From assembly GCA_976226885.1 (NCBI GenBank), contig OZ320317.1, positions 78,368,001 through 78,432,000 of the forward strand: a DNA stretch of 64,000 nt, given 5' to 3'. The notes below the pieces were generated by a model that worked only from the letters and a program-made list of their open reading frames with translations, had not been told where the DNA came from and ran no database searches. Each line of letters opens with the position of its first letter. The first letter of the stretch is position 1. Of the stretch, positions 60,901 through 64,000 are shown piece by piece. A program made the position numbers and the translations under genes. This DNA comes from Iphione sp. A-MEVVRFRX5 (Eukaryota).

Positions 60901-63900
60901 TGTCGCTGAACTTGATGTAGCCAGCCAACGACTGCAGACCCCATCGCAACTCGCCAGACGTAAACCCGTCCGAGTAAATTAAATTTCTCCGACCCCAAAG
61001 CCTTCCAAGACTGCCGCAAATGCCTCTAGTTATTGGAACGTTCTGTCTGGGGCGAGCAGATCATGCACGGTGGCGGCCACTGGCGGCCAACTCACCCCGC
61101 GGCCGTCCGGCTTAGGGGGCTGATATACGGTCTTATCTATGGCAATCCTCGCGGCAAAGGCCTGCTCCAATGTAATCAAGGGTCACACCTGCAAATTACT
61201 GATAAAAAAGTGAATAAGCCTCTTAGTAAATGGAACCAGAGTATTCCACATTTTTTCTATGTGGTTGAAAATATTGAGGATGGTCACGCTCACTTTCGTA
61301 CTGTTTTGCTTTGCGGACAATAAAATTACCTTCCTTTTTAAACTTTTTCATAAACTGTTCTACATATATGATACACACTTTTCCTACTTACCTCAAGATA
61401 GACCAATTATCTGTTTTATATGAGCATACCGCCAAGACGTTATTGATTATTACCGCATTTTGGATTTACGTCGATGTAACGCCACAAAAATGGTCGAATA
61501 TATGCCGGTTCCTCCCATTACGCACGGATTGGTATCTAGAAGTACATGCACATTTATTCATAACGGTTCGATAGGGCTAGAAGGCAAGGCCATGTGGTGA
61601 GCCTGGACGTGCGAAAAGTCATTCCAGCTCTCTTGACTGTATACGTTGCAAGTCCATCTACACAAGAAGGCGCGAGCTCTGTGTATTACAGGCCGATGTT
61701 GCCTTTTCCTTGGGGATCTTTGCAGGGTTAGCATTCTGTTGGACCTCTAGGCAGCTTTCCCCGGCTGTGTCTGCCCTCGGCGGCATACATCACCTGCGAG
61801 ATACGACCTATCAGAAAGCAGTGGATAGAAGAGACCACGCGGGGGCAAGCATTGATGGGGATAAGCAAGGCCCGAGGGATAAGCTCCATTCAATGAGGCG
61901 GGAAAGGTCGGCAGCATAATCTACGCAGCAGGCTAAGTCTGTTTTATGACTCTACTCCAGCATACTTACCCATGCGCCAAACACCTGCTAAGTCTACGCA
62001 TCCCCTTTATATATATTTATCATACCTGCCGGGATGAGTGTCTTATAGGAAGGGTAGTGGAGTCAGCCAGTTGCTTCACTATTTTAAAAAAACAACGCTG
62101 CTTTTCTCCTATCTGAAGAATCAACAGTGGCTCTGTATCCCTCCCCCGGGGCAGGCGGGGAAAGCCTAGAAGGAGTTAATAAATGGCGCTTTCGGTCTTG
62201 TCAGCAGCCCATTGATGGTGTCATATTACCATTGCAACTCGTTATCTTCTCCCCTCCATGCCTCTTAGCACGTCGGGGTACAGTTAACGTGGATATTTCG
62301 ACGTCGGTCGAGGGGGATGAAAAAGGCGAAAGTAGTATATAGAATTGGGTATCTAGACACGGCATTCCTGCCTGGTTCGTATAGATTATACCGATAAACC
62401 AACTGCACCCCACAACCACTCCTGTGCTGACCTATGGCGACCACTGCTATCATATGGCATCCTCACAATCTGCACATAAAATGTGTATATGTATACATGT
62501 AAACGAAAAATATATATAAGTAACCTCCATTCCGATACATCATGGTTATAATGAATGCTGTTCAAATAGTGAAAAAGTCAGGTGGAAAGGTCATTGAATT
62601 TATGTTAGGTCTCATAGGTCTCAATAAGAAGGATTTGTATGTATGTACATCTATTTATCCATTTTGGGTAGAACTAGTTGCAATTAAGGGACGAAAACCA
62701 GCAACATTCTCCACCAGGTATATCTTTGTATATATTGTTACATGCCAGTCACACAGACTATATCGTACGATGTAGTAAAAAACGATGTAGTAATTAATTA
62801 AGTGAAGTTGAATTGACTTGTAAACCAGTGGTGTAGAGAGGACCTGCAAGGCAGGAAGATCTAGTAGCGTTGTACTCTCTCAAGTGACATTGTAGATATA
62901 AAAAATGGACTAACGGTCCCTGTTATGAAGTCGCCCTAGCGGAAGGCCTTCACTTTTAGCTACAAATGTCTTCTCCATAAATCTCTCCCTTATCAGATAC
63001 CAGAAAAAAACGGATTGTGGTTCGGCGGCTTATATTCCATTTCCATAAGCAGGCGGTATCGTGTTTCTAGCGAATAAGCCATGGAAAGGGAAAAAAACTT
63101 TCCCAAGCAGACAGGGGAAAAATGACTAAGTCATACAAACGCGTGTTTGCACTAAACAGACTCGGTAGGACCAGTTACTCCCAGGATGAAGGATATCAAG
63201 TGGCCACACTGGCTGGTACGGGCGGCTGGGCTGGCGGGCTGGTGGTCGTGGTTTGGTTGGATGGGGGGGGGGGCAGTAGATGCACCGCTGGGGCCGCTTG
63301 GTTGAAGTGGGTGGCTGGGTGGGAGGGCGAGGCGGTGGGTGATTCTGTAGGAGCCCCCATATTGATTAGCGAGCACAGATGGCACCTTGTAGCAGCCGAG
63401 CATCGCCTGCCGATGGATCAATGCCTATTGGGCAGCGGAGGGGGGGGGGGCGGTGTGCCGTGCCATTCAGGGGTGGGTCCACGCCTAGAGGTGGGTTGGC
63501 CGCGGCCAGCTTGTTGTTATAAACTCGTTTTTGACATGTATCAACAGCAGAAACAGCAGTATTCAGGCCAGGCAAAATAGGCTGCGGCAGGCGAGCAATA
63601 CGGCTGGTCGCTTCTTTGGTGTCTGTACGTGAAGTTTTCATGATGTTACATTCAAACAGACAGACACCAATTCAACCACAACAGGCCGTGCGCTAGGACG
63701 GCCTCCATGTCTGCCTACCACTAAACCATGCCAGCTAGAAGTGATGGACGGTCTGCTACTACTGTTATCACTATGGGGACAACGACTGGGTGTAAGGGTT
63801 CTTCTTTCGCCCAGTAATACACTCTGGCGACGAACGACTTTGTTGCCACAAGTTGCTGAATGTAGAACAATGTATTCAGATCGTGGTCCTCCAGGGCTGA

Positions 63901-64000
63901 ACGACTCTCCCGGGGGTTCCAGGCGAGGGAGACTGACCTCGATTGTGAGACCTTACTCACGCAAAGGCCGCTGACCTCTGGCCTAGCGTGACAGGCGCTG

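Overview
Animal (probably invertebrate) genomic DNA, mostly intronic, with one 152-N gap. The host gene is a transmembrane adenylyl cyclase of the ADCY1/rutabaga type on the minus strand. Five coding exons (11531-11680, 9815-9933, 7119-7230, 5725-5852, 4790-4948) splice in frame and encode TM6 plus most of the C1a catalytic domain. I did not find the exon(s) for the N-terminus/TM1-5 or the exons after C1a, so most of 11.7-64 kb is probably a very large intron. The main accessory element is a complete, young-looking but very small (8,731 bp) Polinton/Maverick-like element at 49243-57973. It has ~270-bp TIRs starting AGTAGT and a perfect 6-bp TSD (GGTGTT). It carries three minus-strand genes: a zinc-finger-tipped protein-primed DNA polymerase B split by a 1-nt slip in an A9 run, a multi-domain zinc finger/Pro-rich/A32-like ATPase fusion, and a chromodomain integrase. 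It has no capsid or maturation-protease gene. Its non-coding parts are highly organised: three NF-kB-like and two TGACATCA sites per TIR; four identical TATAAATAG boxes, three with an initiator-like CA at 30-31 nt (two overlap the final Tyr-Lys-stop codons of the upstream gene, one points out of the element); a duplicated 95-bp hairpin+TATA module; and two subterminal repeat arrays, one resembling tandem ~105-nt stem-bulge RNAs ending in TTTT. The rest is MITEs, decayed LINE fragments, microsatellites and candidate regulatory motifs. All identifications come from reading motifs by eye; no database searches were run.
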